From: Octopus vulgaris
Lineage: Eukaryota
Reading direction: 5' to 3'
Assembly: GCA_951406725.2 (NCBI GenBank)
Contig: OX597816.1
Location: 120,342,001 to 120,406,000 of the forward strand
DNA: 64,000 nucleotides
Below, one piece after another: positions 14,573-27,664 of the stretch. The notes beneath the pieces are model-generated. The model had not been told where the DNA came from and did not search any database. It worked only from the letters and a program-made list of their open reading frames with translations. A program made the translations under genes and the position numbers. Each line of letters opens with the position of its first letter. The first letter of the stretch is position 1.

Positions 14573-15029
14573 AGCACATGCATAATAATTGTGTGAACAA
14601 TGTGTTCAGAACATGAAATATAGTGCTGTAGCAGCTATTATGTGATGTAATGAATAATAAATAATCATTAATTCAATAATGCAATAAATTTTATTAGGAA
14701 GTAAAATTTCGTAGAATTCCTTGCTATTGGTTTTTATCAATTTATGCATTACTTTTATGAACTACATTTGTAAATTAGTGTATGAAGCCATTTAATTCTA
14801 TTGTAATTACAGGGCTACCGTGATTTGTTTTCCCAAGCTTTAGTGGTCATACAATATGAATCAAAATATTCAAGTGTATGGCAAAGCAGAATTCATTGAA
14901 TTTTAATTTTACTGATTGGCAAAAAATACCCTTAATATAGAATTTCAAATAAATATGCATGATTTCAAATAAAATAGAAAAAAGTTTTATATAGATCAAA
15001 CCAAAACATAGAAGTATTCAGTACTGAAA

Positions 15030-15540
15030 ACACCAAGGGTAAGGGCCTCCGCTTAGTTGTGATCTTCGGCATTTAGCTGCATGTTTAATGTAGTCTCACT
15101 CAGCCATACCAATCCCACAGCAAATTTACTGGAGAGCAGTTACGCCGAACTATGCTGTACTGTCACTCTCTGCTTTTGTGCTCCTGTTCAGTGGTACTTG
15201 AAAGTCTTAATGATCATTTGACTTGAGAAAAAATTCTTGCTCTTAGATTTGTCAATCTCGTTCACCACACGACAGCTTTTGACATAGCCACTAGACAGAG
15301 GAAAACAGCTGTGGTACTTTACAAAGGGAATTACGATAGACTCGGTTGATAATCCGCATCGTCCACGCGTGATAACAAATGTTGAACAAGTTAGTATAAT
15401 CGAAAACTTAACCAGTACGTAGGGAACGGTCCTGTCGCTTTTTATGCATCTCCTATAGGTTCGATTGACAACACTGCCGTGTCTGTAACGTATTTCTCTA
15501 ATAGACAATGTCTTCTTCCCAATTACTAAATTACTAAAGA
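15030..15540 (-). mobile_element. L1/Tx1-like ORF2 C-terminal fragment (degenerate)
   Basis: The minus strand reads IRE.RYRHG..NRTYRRC.KSDRTV..VLV, resembling a decayed LPVRDKLYRHG..CxxC..ETxxH zinc-binding region; it is similar to 45165-45545. Confidence 0.5.
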
Positions 15541-16957
15541 CGCTTGAAAGTTGTTTATGATCTTAATTTGTCAGTCCTCCAGAACGAAATTGTGAATTGA
15601 TCGTCATTAAGCACATCCACCAAGATACTATCGCTCAGGTATCCTTGCTTCTAATGCTTTTTCTCTTTCCATGTGTTTTTATTCTTGCATGAACTTTAGT
15701 ACAGGCTTTCAAATCAGTCCTACACACCAATGAAATACCTAGTGTCTGTCATTTACAACATTGAATTATGGCTTTAACTATCAATTGTATTTTATTCTTA
15801 TAGAAGAGTTTCATTCCTAAAGTTCTGGCCGACTTCGTATCTCATCGATGGCGAATTGGTAGAGTCGTTACAGCGACATATAGGATGACGTATAAATTTT
15901 TAATCAACTCTTTCCTCTTTGTGTTCAAATTCCACGAAGTTCAGTTTTGTATTTCAACTTCCGGCGTCTTTAAATAAAGTAGCGAGTTAAGTATTGATGA
16001 TAATTCTTCTTTTGCTCACTCCTCTTTCTTTCTCTGTCTGACCATCTCTCTAAATCGTATTCATCTACGTTGCATCGTGGGTGATTGCTCACAGCATTTA
16101 TTCTTCAGAAGTAGTGAAGGTTTTTAAGTAAGGATCTAGCAACCTTTCCTCGCCTCCAAAACTAATAGACTACGTGAACAGTCTAAAGGACAGAAATAAA
16201 GAAGTAACAACTAGCAGCATGAGAAGGTAGAGTCTTGTCTGTTGCCAATAAATGGATCGAGAAATGTTGAGTGCATGGTCCAACGTCGACGATGGAATAC
16301 GAGTAACTAACATTTTGACTAACAAAGTGATACACCATTAGGTCGGCTTTTGTGATTCTCTTGTATAATAGTGTCTGATGTTAACTTAAATATTTTTAGT
16401 GAAATCTAGAAGAATATTAGAAGTTGTGACGTTCATTTATTTCACACAGACCGTATGGAAAGAGCATAATTAAATGACGCCAACCAGGAACTGGAACCGG
16501 AACTGGATGATTACCTAAATTTTTACGGAATTCGTTACAACCGTGAAAAATAAAAAAAATATTTTCGTGTAATGAGTTCATAGATATTGTGGGTGAGAGA
16601 TAAAGTTGACTAAACAGACTGTAGTACATGTCTTGTACTTTCTTTAGGGTTCTTAGCAAAACAAAACCATTTTCAACACCATTTGACCACAGAAAATATA
16701 TACACAGTATTAAACAGTAAATTATATCTTTGTCCGACACACAAATATTTCTGTCACTTCATAATTCTTAATCGCAGTGAAATCGATCGTTCTCCGACTT
16801 TGCTCAATACTTGAAGATAAATATTCTCCGAACAAATATTTACAGTAATAGTAAAACAAGAACTTAATTAAACAGCAGTTTATGAAAGTGTTTTTTCAAG
16901 ATATAGAATCAGTTTTTAGTGTATTTGACTGATAATGCTGTTATATGAAATATAAGT

Positions 16958-17172
16958 AATATTGGTTTCAAATTTTGGCACAAGGCTTACAATTTCAGAG
17001 GAGGAGGAGATAAGTCGATTACATCGATCCCAGTGCTCTACTGGTACTTATTTTATCGACCCTGAAAGGATGAAAGGCAAAGTCGATCACGACGGCATTT
17101 GTACTAAAGAATTTGTCTGAAAAAACGCCGCTAAGCATTTCGTCCGGTAACGATTCTCCCAGCCCGTCGCCT
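16958..17172 (-). mobile_element. SINE family 1
   Basis: Contains the core GGTACTTATTTTATCGACCC.GAAAGGATGAAAGGCAAAGTCGA. Confidence 0.85.
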
Positions 17173-17618
17173 CGAAATATAATAATATCGATTTCTTGTT
17201 CGGATATTGCACTAGAAATTTTGTAGTAGAGTCGAATTGACATCTTTTGCAAGAGTTAACCGCATACAGAGAATTGTCTTTAATTGGTGATCAAAACTGA
17301 TCGCATACTGAATTTACCAGATATTTACATCATGTCAGCAGCGTCTAGTTACGTATACACAGATATACGTGCATACATACATTTTTGCATGCAAGAATAC
17401 ATACATACATATGTGCACACATACATATATGCACACACACACACACACATACGCACACACACATATAAAAGATGAGAAGTAATATGTGTACGAACGAGGA
17501 GTAGGCTCATAACCTACAAGATTTAATTCTTGGCTCAGGCTATTTCCCTTTCACAATGCCATGCAGCGGGATTAAAGTGAAAACACATTAACCATGGATA
17601 TAGAAAGATTTATACCTA

Positions 17619-18340
17619 TACAGTGATACTTCGCAGTACGAGTTTAATTCGTTCCGTGACCGAGCTCATTTTACGATTTACTTGTTTTACAAACCAATTT
17701 TCCCCATGGAAATTAATTATAATATAATTAATCCGTTCCAGCCCTTCAAAACCACACAAAAATCATTTTTATGGGTTTAAAAACGGAAAAGGTACCGCTA
17801 CAAGGAAAATTACTGACAATTATAAAAACATAATAAAAGAGCACGCAAAACTGGTTGTATTAATTGAATAACCTTAATGATAGGACGATTTGTGCGCAAG
17901 GAAGACGATGGAGCGTTGAAGAGGAGGGTTACTGTTTGGATGGAGAACCTCCTTTCATTAATACCTTCAGGAAGAACGATTTCTTGCGTTTTCTGTCTCA
18001 CTTCACTTAATTTAGGCTTTTTGGACACTTTCTTAACTTTTCACACTTGCACGTCAAGAGAAGTCAACTTTTTCTTGCCTTTCAAATTGTTACGAAAATG
18101 CGCCAGAGTAGTGTCATTAAATAAAGCCGCTGCACAATCTGTAGATATTTTTCAGGAAGATGTTTTTCTACAAATTCAGAAACATACTGCCACTTTGCCA
18201 ACACTGCCTTTATGTCACTCGTAGAGATAGCCTTCTCCACTACACTGCCCTCCTCTGGAGAACCAAGCTCATCCAAGCTATTTTTTAAACAGTAGACAAT
18301 CACACCCCTCTCTAACACCTTGAACTCCATACCAAACTAT
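17619..18340 (-). mobile_element. pogo/Tigger-like DNA transposon fragment
   Basis: The terminus TACAGTGATACTTCGCAGTACGAGTTTAATT is Tigger-like. The minus strand reads AISTSDIKAVLAKW..VSEFVEKH, resembling a Tigger transposase C-terminus. Confidence 0.55.
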
Positions 18341-18659
18341 ATTAAAAAAAAACTTCAGAAAAACAAAAAATAAAGCCAAATAAACAAAAAGCAAACCCCA
18401 GACATGTTTTTGACTGTTTTTACTTCAAACTTTTATAAACTTTTGATAAGATGAGATTCATCACCGAAACCGGTAATATTCTATATTTTATTTATATGAT
18501 TTAAAAATCATATTATTAAATTTTTTCTAAATTGAAATGTCTAAGATTTACTTTTGTGCTATTTCCACCACCATTTTTTATATATAAAAATTTGATTAGC
18601 ATAAATTTCTAATCTTTTTTCAACTATATACATACATACATAAATACATACATGCATAC

Positions 18660-18713
<54 letters not shown>

Positions 18714-19542
18714 ACACATACACACACACATATATATATATATATATGTATTTGTTTATAAATGAAAATCATATATGAACTAATATTAAATTATTCCATT
18801 AATATTTAATAAACCAAGTCAGTTGTTTTTATTTGATCCACTCCGATCATAAACAACCATAAATGACAGAGATGATGTTATGCAAAACTCGATACAGCTA
18901 CAGTGTAACCTCATCACGAACAATATTTCACCCCAAAAAACTATTACGAGAATCTGTCTTACAGTTATTTTCCTCTTCAGAAAAGTAAAGTTGCATTTCA
19001 CATGTTACTCAGCGATTAAATAATGTTTTCAGTGCGATCTATTTTATAACAGCGGGTATTATTTTTCAAATATAAAGTATAAGAATATTGAAGACGTTAC
19101 TTACCGAGTAAAATATCGACTCGTACAGCTAGTTTACTTTAATTATAATGGTTTAAATACCGAAATATTGAAGATACCACAGAGTATAATTTCTTAGACT
19201 TAATGAAATTTCTTACCTTGAATGTCTTCCCTTGCATCGGAATCTCTGAGATATTTCAAGGGACTGAAGATGCAACAATTCCTTGTTGGTTTGTGCGATT
19301 ATTATTATAAGATTAAACTTCAAGTAATTCTTGTTTAAATTAAATATTAAGAAAAATTGTTCAGATCTGTAAATGGATCTGATACAATTTTCAATGCAAG
19401 TTTCCTCGAAATGGATGCTTTTGAATTTCTGAATAGATATTATAAAACTTCGCAATTGATAACACATTGATTTAGATCAACAAAATATTATAGAAATAAT
19501 ATATTTCTAAATCTCTCAGAGATTTATGCAGTAGCAGCACGA

Positions 19543-19739
19543 TAAAGTGATAGTATGTTGTCAACATAATGTGACAGTCCCTCGAAAGGGAAGCATGCTA
19601 CTGTTATTTATCCCTAACATAAGGACACAGAAAATGTGTCAAGTCCAACAGGAAATGGTGTTTCCTAGGGCTAAATAACAGTAGCATTTTTCCCTTTCAA
19701 GATACTGTCACATTAAGTTGACAACATACTATCACTTTA
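19543..19739. mobile_element. Palindromic MITE (197 bp, ~70 bp inverted arms)
   Basis: TAAAGTGATAGTATGTTGTCAAC.TAATGTGACAGT...ATGCTACTGTTATTTA.CCCTA is matched by its reverse complement ending at 19739. Confidence 0.85.
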
Positions 19740-20530
19740 ACAAAATATTACCTGATTATTTATTCATTACTTCCAGCTATAAGAAAAGAGATGCTTTATC
19801 TGAAATCACAGAAAAATGTGTTTAGTATTTTTGCTGCAAATATGCAAAGTTCATTTTACCGTTATTTCCAGATCAATTTCTTTTGAATCTGAAACTGATC
19901 TAAATTGTTGAAAACACGACAGTGGTAAGGAATTCAAACTTACCTTGTTAAAGCAAAATATTTTAACAAATTGTTAGCTGTTGGGTAAGGTGAAAGCAAC
20001 GCGTAATTCTTGTTGAAATAAATGCTAAAATTAAACATTAATATTAATTATTTTTGGTTACATTTTTTGTATATATTATATGTTTGTGAGTCAATACATA
20101 AAAAGAAACATACAAACAACACGAGTCAGTTTAATTAAAATCGTTATTCCTATTCACTTTTAAAAGACACACATACATACACACACACACAAACAAACAG
20201 ACAGAAAGACGCAGACACACGCATGATATATATGTATGTGTATATATGCGTATATATGTACATATATGTATGTATATATATATATATATATATGATTATA
20301 TATGTGTGTGTGTGTGTATAGATAGATAGATACACACACACACACACATATATATTTCTCTCACGCGCTCATACACATCACACATCGGTAACATTCATTA
20401 ATTTTTTGAAAATGGGGTCATAATCTCGAAATACTGAATGCAAGGTAAGTCTACATTAATTCATATATTTGTTCTCGTGATTTGCCTTGCATTTACTTCG
20501 CGTTGTTCTGGCCTTACCCACGATCCTTTA

Positions 20531-20598
<68 letters not shown>

Positions 20599-20667
20599 CG
20601 TGTGTGGTGTGTGTGTGTGTGTAAAAACAGTGAAATCCTACAAATACTGAAAATGAAATTATCCTAC

Positions 20668-21958
20668 TATCAGGTCATTTCATAAAGTCTGTCCGATTTT
20701 ACCTTTTTTTAAATTGAATGAAATTTAATAGTATTTTAGAATGCCTAATGGAATTAAAAATCATTTTTATGCATTTTTGTACATTTAAACTAATTAAATA
20801 TTATTTTACAGAATAATAGAATTAAAATTTCTTTGATTAAAACTCTTCCTAACATGGAAGTATCCAAAGAGCATTTAGGGCACATAATGCTTTATGAGTA
20901 CAAAAAAGGAAACTCTGCAGCCGAAGCGACTCGAAACATACACTCAGTTTATGGGAAGGAATGCTTGAATGAAAGAACTTGCAGAAGATGGTTTGTAAAG
21001 TTCAGAGGTGGAGATTTCAGCCTTGAAGATGAAGAGCGAACAGGACATCCAGTTGAGTTTGATGATAAACATCTTGAGGCATTACTTGAAGAGAATCCTG
21101 CATTATCAGTTTAGGAATCGTCAAAAAAGTTTAGTTCAAACCATACAACTGTTAATCGTCATCTTCAACAACTTGGAAAGGTTCGTAAACTTGGAAAATG
21201 GGTGCCTCATGAATTGTCTGAAAGCAACCGCAAATCCCGAGTTGACATCTGCTCTTCTATCCATTCTCGCCAACTCATTTCACCCTTTTGGATAGACTTG
21301 TCATTGGTGACGAAAAATGGATCTTCTATCGAAATGTTAAACGTCGTAAACAGTGGCTTGGTAAAAGGGAAAAAGCTCAACCACAACCGAGAAGGGAACT
21401 TCATGGGAAAAAGGTTCTTCTCTCTATCTGGTGGGATTGCAAAGGAGTAATTCACTTTGAATTGTTATCACCTAATGCAAAAATCAATGCTCAAGTCTAC
21501 TGTCAGCAATTAGAGAGTTTGAAGCAAGCTTTGAAGAAGAAAAGACCTGCTTTAGTGAATCGAAAAGGAGTGATGTTTCATCAGGACAATGTGGAATCCC
21601 ATACTGCAAAGATCACATCACAGAAGATCGAGGAGCTTGGTTGGGAAAAAATTCCTCATCTACCTTATTCTCCCGATCTAGCCCCTTCAAACTACCATTT
21701 GTTTCGTAGCTTACAGAATCATTTGGGGGACATAACTTTCACAAGCCAGGAGGAGATCGAAACTGATATTTCAGAGTTCTTCGCTTTGAAACTAAAATAG
21801 TTTTACATTGATGGGATTAAAAAGCTTGTAAATAGATTGAAGCAAGTCATAGATAGTCAGGGAAAGTACATAGATGATTAAATATCAATTAAATATAATA
21901 TTTGATCACTTGTTTTCTTTATTCAAAATTCGAACAGAACTTATGAGACGACCTGATA
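20668..21958 (+). mobile_element. Full-length mariner transposon, copy 1 (defective)
   Basis: TIRs TCAGGTC..TCATAA and TTATGAGACGACCTGA with TA flanks. ATG is at 20854. Motifs include WVPHEL, GDEKW, FHQDN and YSPDLAPSNY. There is a stop at 21112-21114 and a frameshift near 21288. Confidence 0.95.
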
Positions 21959-22285
21959 TATTGAATACTAAAGCTTGGAGATCATATCGACCAAAACAAT
22001 CAACAAGGAAACATAGCCAATAGTATTACTCTCGCAAACACCTGTTTATAATGCAGTGTTAGAAGTGAAGTTGAAGTAAAATCTCTCCTACAGTCATATA
22101 TTCATGCTAGCACTCTCGTTACTTGTCTTTTCAAGGCCAGCTGTTTCAGTATTTACACTTTGTCAACAAACAAAACACATGCAACAAATTATATGTAGAT
22201 AATCCTTTCATTTAATCCAGAAGCTGAAGGTTTGTTAAAAATTTCACTTTTCAGTGAGGAAGTGAAAATATCGACCACCGATATT

Positions 22286-22377
<92 letters not shown>

Positions 22378-22420
22378 GTTAGCTAGCGAGCTAGCTAGCT
22401 ACCCCACCATCTCTTCATAC

Positions 22421-22509
<89 letters not shown>

Positions 22510-22539
22510 ATGATGGTGATGATGATGATGATGATGATG

Positions 22540-22746
22540 ATTTCAAATTTTGCCACAAGAGCAGCAATTATGGGTGAGGGACTAGTCGATCACAACAACC
22601 TCAGTGTTCAACTGGTATTTATTTTATCGACCCCGAAAGGATGAAGGGCAAAGTCGACCTCGGAGGAATTTTATCTCAGAACTTGGTGACGGGTGAAATA
22701 CCGCTGTTTCGTCCAGCGTGCTAACGATTCTGCCACTTCGCAGTCT
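22540..22746 (-). mobile_element. SINE family 1
   Basis: Core match; flanked by (GAT)n and (TAA)n arrays. Confidence 0.85.
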
Positions 22747-22755
22747 TAAAAAATA

Positions 22756-22840
<85 letters not shown>

Positions 22841-22841
22841 G

Positions 22842-23032
22842 GTGGTCTACAGCAAATATTCTGCTCAATACCACAGATTTGCTTGTCAGTTGTTTGAACT
22901 TAACCAGTTGAGCATGTGCCTTATTGGTTGACAATATGTGCATCTCTGATCATGAGCAGAGTAGTGAGGGAGCATCATAGCCATGTGTTGAGAGGAATTC
23001 TTGGGGTTGGGATAATTCACCTCTGGAAGCAT
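22842..23032 (+). repeat. Fragment of the non-coding repeat at 30320-30845
   Basis: CTACAGCAAATATTCTGCTCAATACCACA...AATTCACCTCTGGAA matches ~30420-30605. Confidence 0.85.
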
Positions 23033-23118
23033 GTGAAGTACCACTAAACGTTTCGTCCAGCGTCCTAAAGATTCTGCCAGATCGCAGCCTTAAATAATAA
23101 TAATGATAACAGTAATAA

Positions 23119-23289
23119 TACAGTTCTATATTTAAGAGATGAGGAATTATGTATCTTAGTTACATTATTTACATTTGACGAATATTTGTCCTCATCTTCT
23201 TTGTTGTTAACACAACGTTTCGGCTGCCTTCATCAGGCGTCTTGGGGAAATTTCGAACCCGGGTTCTCATTCCTCAGGTAATTTTCGAA

Positions 23290-23382
<93 letters not shown>

Positions 23383-23458
23383 CAGGTCACTGCCTGGAAT
23401 CGAACTCGGTATCTTAGGGTTAGTAGCCCGCGCTCTTAACCATTACGTCATATGCCCC
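23119..23458 (-). mobile_element. tRNA-headed element carrying a minimal hammerhead motif (SINE/retrozyme-like)
   Basis: The minus strand has an A box TGACGTAATGG (23450-23440), an anticodon-like arm GGG-CTACTAA-CCC, a B box GAGTTCGATTCC (23407-23396) and an (AAT)n spacer, followed by GACGC-CTGATGA-AGGCAGCC-GAAAC-GTT-GTGTT (23241-23209). Confidence 0.7.
23209..23241 (-). ncRNA. Minimal PLE-type hammerhead ribozyme motif
   Basis: Stem I GACGC/GTGTT with two GU pairs, core CTGATGA, a very short stem II GGC-A-GCC, GAAA, palindromic stem III AACGTT and a GTT triplet. Confidence 0.6.
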
Positions 23459-23509
23459 TTCATTATCAAATGCCTATACACACACATGCACGCACACTCA
23501 TATATATGC

Positions 23510-23542
<33 letters not shown>

Positions 23543-23812
23543 TACACATATATACATGTGCGTGTACGTGTATGCGTGTATACATATTATATACATACAT
23601 ACATATGCACACACACGCACACACACATACACACACACAGACAAACACACACACACACACACACATATATATGTATATAAAAGAATAGATGTGTGTCTAA
23701 ATTCACGTACATGCAGAAGTATGTATGTATATGTGTATATGTATATATGTATGTGTAAGTGTGTATATATGTATATATATAGACCCATATGAGTGTGTGT
23801 ATTTTTATGTTT

Positions 23813-24422
23813 ATATCATTCACCCGCGGAAGTAAGGTGAATATATCCTTACGGTAAATTTTTAGTTACACGCGAGCACGTGTAGGTTTCATCACCAATT
23901 CAGTTCACAGCCATATTGAATGCGGTTCTTTAGCAATAATGGTTCATTAAAAACAGTTAGGTCAAAATATGTGTGATCAAATATGGGAGAGTAGGGTGAA
24001 AATTCGACTTTGAATCAAAATATGTCAGTTATTTTAAAAGAAACGTATAGATTAATTAGATTTAGAAGAATTTGCTCATTGTGAAGAATCTTTTGTTGAA
24101 ATTCTCGTTAAAATGCATTGGCTACGGAAAAAAGTTGTTAGGCTTTAAGTGATAAAAAATGGTAATACCAAAATTGACTTTTAATCAAGATATCTCAGCT
24201 ATTGTTAAACAAAACTATACAATAGCTGTGTTCATATGAAAGAGATCAAAGAGATAAATCTTATGTATAAAATCTGAAGATATTAGCTACAAAATAGTGG
24301 TATGGCTTTGAGTGACGAAGAAAAGGTGATCATTTTAAGAAATCAAAATATTTTTGTAATTTTATGATATTTAGCATTATTAAAGACGGTATTTGACGTT
24401 AACGGTCGCTTTGCTTAACGAT
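23813..24422. mobile_element. Unclassified ~620 bp dispersed repeat, copy 1
   Basis: Colinear with 34292-34940. It has a terminal hairpin ATTCACC..GGTGAAT and internal ~170 bp subrepeats containing GACTTT.AATCAA.ATAT.TCAG.TATT. Confidence 0.75.
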
Positions 24423-24499
24423 TCAGAGCGTTTAACCATAGTTCATATTTTGTTTTCTTGAATATTCTCTAAAACAATACTATGTACTAAACCAAATAT

Positions 24500-24603
24500 A
24501 TGACACCCTAGGCATAACACCAACATGAATGCCTAACTTGTCACTTGAAGTCTCTGGGTGAGACTTGGAGCCAACTTGTACAAATACAAAGCAAAACTCA
24601 AAC

Positions 24604-24606
<3 letters not shown>
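24500..24606 (+). mobile_element. 3' UTR stub of R4 family B
   Basis: TCTCTGGGTGAGACTTGGAGCCAACTTGTACAAATA.AAAGCAAAA.TCAAACATA matches ~30170-30278 and is followed by (TAA)n(TGA)n. Confidence 0.85.
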
Positions 24607-24667
<61 letters not shown>

Positions 24668-24683
24668 TATAATAATAATAATA

Positions 24684-24754
<71 letters not shown>

Positions 24755-25045
24755 GCTGAATTCAAATTTTGCCACAGTTAAAATGAAAAATTTAAATAAT
24801 TAAAAAGAACTAATCATTAATTATTTAATTAGAATATAATATTATTTTATAATACAAATTGTTTAAAAATATATTTATTTGGAACAGATATCTTGCTGTA
24901 CATCCTTTGTTACTTTTAGATGCAAACAAAATTTCTAAGAACAAAATCTGTATTTAAAAAAAACATTTACTAGCATTGTTTTTTCAATTATAAAGGTAAA
25001 TACAATTAATTATAATAATAGAAGCGTTGCCTGGAAAAAGTTGAC

Positions 25046-26162
25046 TAGAAGGACTAGTGGACGCTGAATTCTAAAATATTCTTAAGTATTTAACTTGGAA
25101 AATTACAGAACAAGCGGTAATGGAGTCTGGAAAAGTAGAGGAGGAGAAAAATAAAAAAAATATATATAAATATTGCTGTTGAAGTTAGAATTTAAAAACT
25201 AAAATAGTAATAAATTTATATTTATTTTTACTTAATAGTTTAAATCGAATTACTTAAGTAGAAGAAAACTTAAAATGTTGCTGAAGTTGGAATTTGCTAA
25301 ATAAATTTCTGAACAGCTCGTCATGTAGTGTGTGCAGTTTCGTTTTCATATTATTTTGGGTTTTTAATTGCAAATGTTAAAAGTTTAAGTTAATTTTATA
25401 TAAAAAAATTTATTTGCATTAAGCTTAAACATTTCTGTCTTATATTTAGTATTATATTATTTTTTATTTCCTTTTCTTAGCAAAATTCATTATCCTAAAA
25501 TTTTAAATCACAAATATAGCGTTACAAAACCAAACTCATGCAGAATATATGCAATTCAAAAGAGTTTTAAAAAATAGCAAAAAGTTGTTTTAACGAAACA
25601 AAAGAAATAATTTCTTTAAAGTTTGCCTTATCAGATAACAAAGTGTTTTCTATTTACAGTTAGAAAAATATCTAAAAAAGAAAAGAAGCTAACGAACAAA
25701 TTAACTGCAAAAAGTAGAAATAGCTGTCTCGATTTTTCTTTAAAAGTAAGTTAATAGACAAATTGAGTGCAAAATGTAGAAATGAATGTCTAGATTAAAA
25801 AAAAAAATAGGGACTTATAATTATTAATTTTCCTTAAATTGCTATTATGAGATTTTTTTAAATATATAAATTTGTAATATTAAATTTCTTATGTGTAAAC
25901 CTGCAGGTAAATAGACTTTTCACTAAAACTGAAAATAAATAATCTCTTGGGTATTTTAATTTAAACTTTTAAGTAAAAATAAACATATTTAAAAGGGCAT
26001 TTATTACTATTTTAGCATTTAAATTCTAACTTCAGCAGCAATATTTTAAGTGTTTTTTTCTTGTCCTGTACTTTGCTAGACTTAATTACTACGTATTCCG
26101 TACTTTTCCAGGTTTAGTACTTAAGAACATTCTAGGATTCGGTGCCCGCATTTTTCATTCTA
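25046..26162. mobile_element. Non-autonomous element with ~170 bp terminal inverted repeats
   Basis: 25046-25215 (..ATATTGCTGTTGAAGTTAGAATTTAAA..CTAAAATAGTAATAAAT) is the imperfect reverse complement of 26000-26162; the interior is AT-rich and non-coding. Confidence 0.75.
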
Positions 26163-26442
26163 ATATATATATGTTTATGTGTGCGTGCGTATCGGTGTGC
26201 GAATTTCACTGTGCCGAATTATGAATCGTCTCTTTAATTATAGCCACATACATATGTACGTAGATGCATATGTATATAACACAATGCAATACCGGGAAGT
26301 GTTTCCGCACTCCCAACAATAGAAACGAACACATAATACTGCGCACTTCCCAGCAACACGGTGTAGCGGGTGATGCAGTAGAAATTTGCCTGAAACTACC
26401 AAATCTTGAAAATTATAAAATAGTAATAATAATAATAAAAAC

Positions 26443-26741
<299 letters not shown>

Positions 26742-26744
<3 letters not shown>

Positions 26745-27467
26745 TACTAGGCCAATGTGATGAAAAATGAAGCAGACCCAAAATGCCGATTCTGCAACGA
26801 CATGATTGGAACAGTGGACCATCTAATCTCTGGATGTAAAGTCTTAGCACCAGTGGAGTATAAATTAAGACATGACAGAGTTGGCCAATATCTACACTGG
26901 CTAATAAGTCGGCATTACAATATCAAAACTGCCGACAAGTGGTATAATCACCACCCTGAAGCTGTAACTGAAGGAGAAAATGTAACCATTCTGTGAGACT
27001 TTCCAGTACATACAGACCGAACCATCAAGGCCAATAAACCAGATATTGTTGTGAAAGACCAAAACAATAAAGTTTGCTTATTGATCGACATGATCATCCC
27101 CTGTGATCATAATATCTCAGCGAAAGAGTTTGACAAGCTCAGAAAATATAAAAACCTACTCATTGAAATTGAGAAAATGTGGCATCTCAAGGCGGTTACA
27201 ATACCAGTGATCGTAGGAGCACTAGGAATGATCAAGAAGTGCAAAAGATTGTCTTAACTGGTACATCACACGTATTGAGAAGGGCATTGTCGATGTGAGA
27301 ACTGTTGCTGCTCATGTATTTTAATTTAACTTAAAAAAAAAAAAAAATGAACGAACTATTGAGTTTGGTTTAATAGCCTACCACTGTATACTATGAGTTT
27401 CTTTGCCCTAGGAGTCGGGAAGACACTCGGCAAGAAATGGAAGCAAATTTGAAAGAAGAAAAAAAAA
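26742..27467 (+). mobile_element. 5'-truncated R4 family A (CCHC, RLE and 3' UTR)
   Basis: Contains CRFCNDMIGTVDHLISGC..RHD, NKPDIV, LLIDM and KEFDKLRKYK; (TAA)n lies on both sides. Confidence 0.92.
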
Positions 27468-27503
<36 letters not shown>

Positions 27504-27595
27504 TATCAAAGAAAGTATTATCTGTCTAAGATCCTTGTTGTGACTTGACAGATGACTAGACTCCGTTGCATTTTTACCTACACTGTGTTACGAAG

Positions 27596-27659
<64 letters not shown>

Positions 27660-27664
<5 letters not shown>

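Noticed and set aside
18441-18480. Hammerhead-like TTGATAA-GATGAGATTCATC-ACC-GAAACCGGT
   Set aside because: The core deviates at two invariant positions and there is no stem I; at most a dead remnant.
23385-23458. Functional tRNA gene
   Set aside because: The acceptor and anticodon stems are imperfect and there is no terminator; I treated it as the head of a repeat element.
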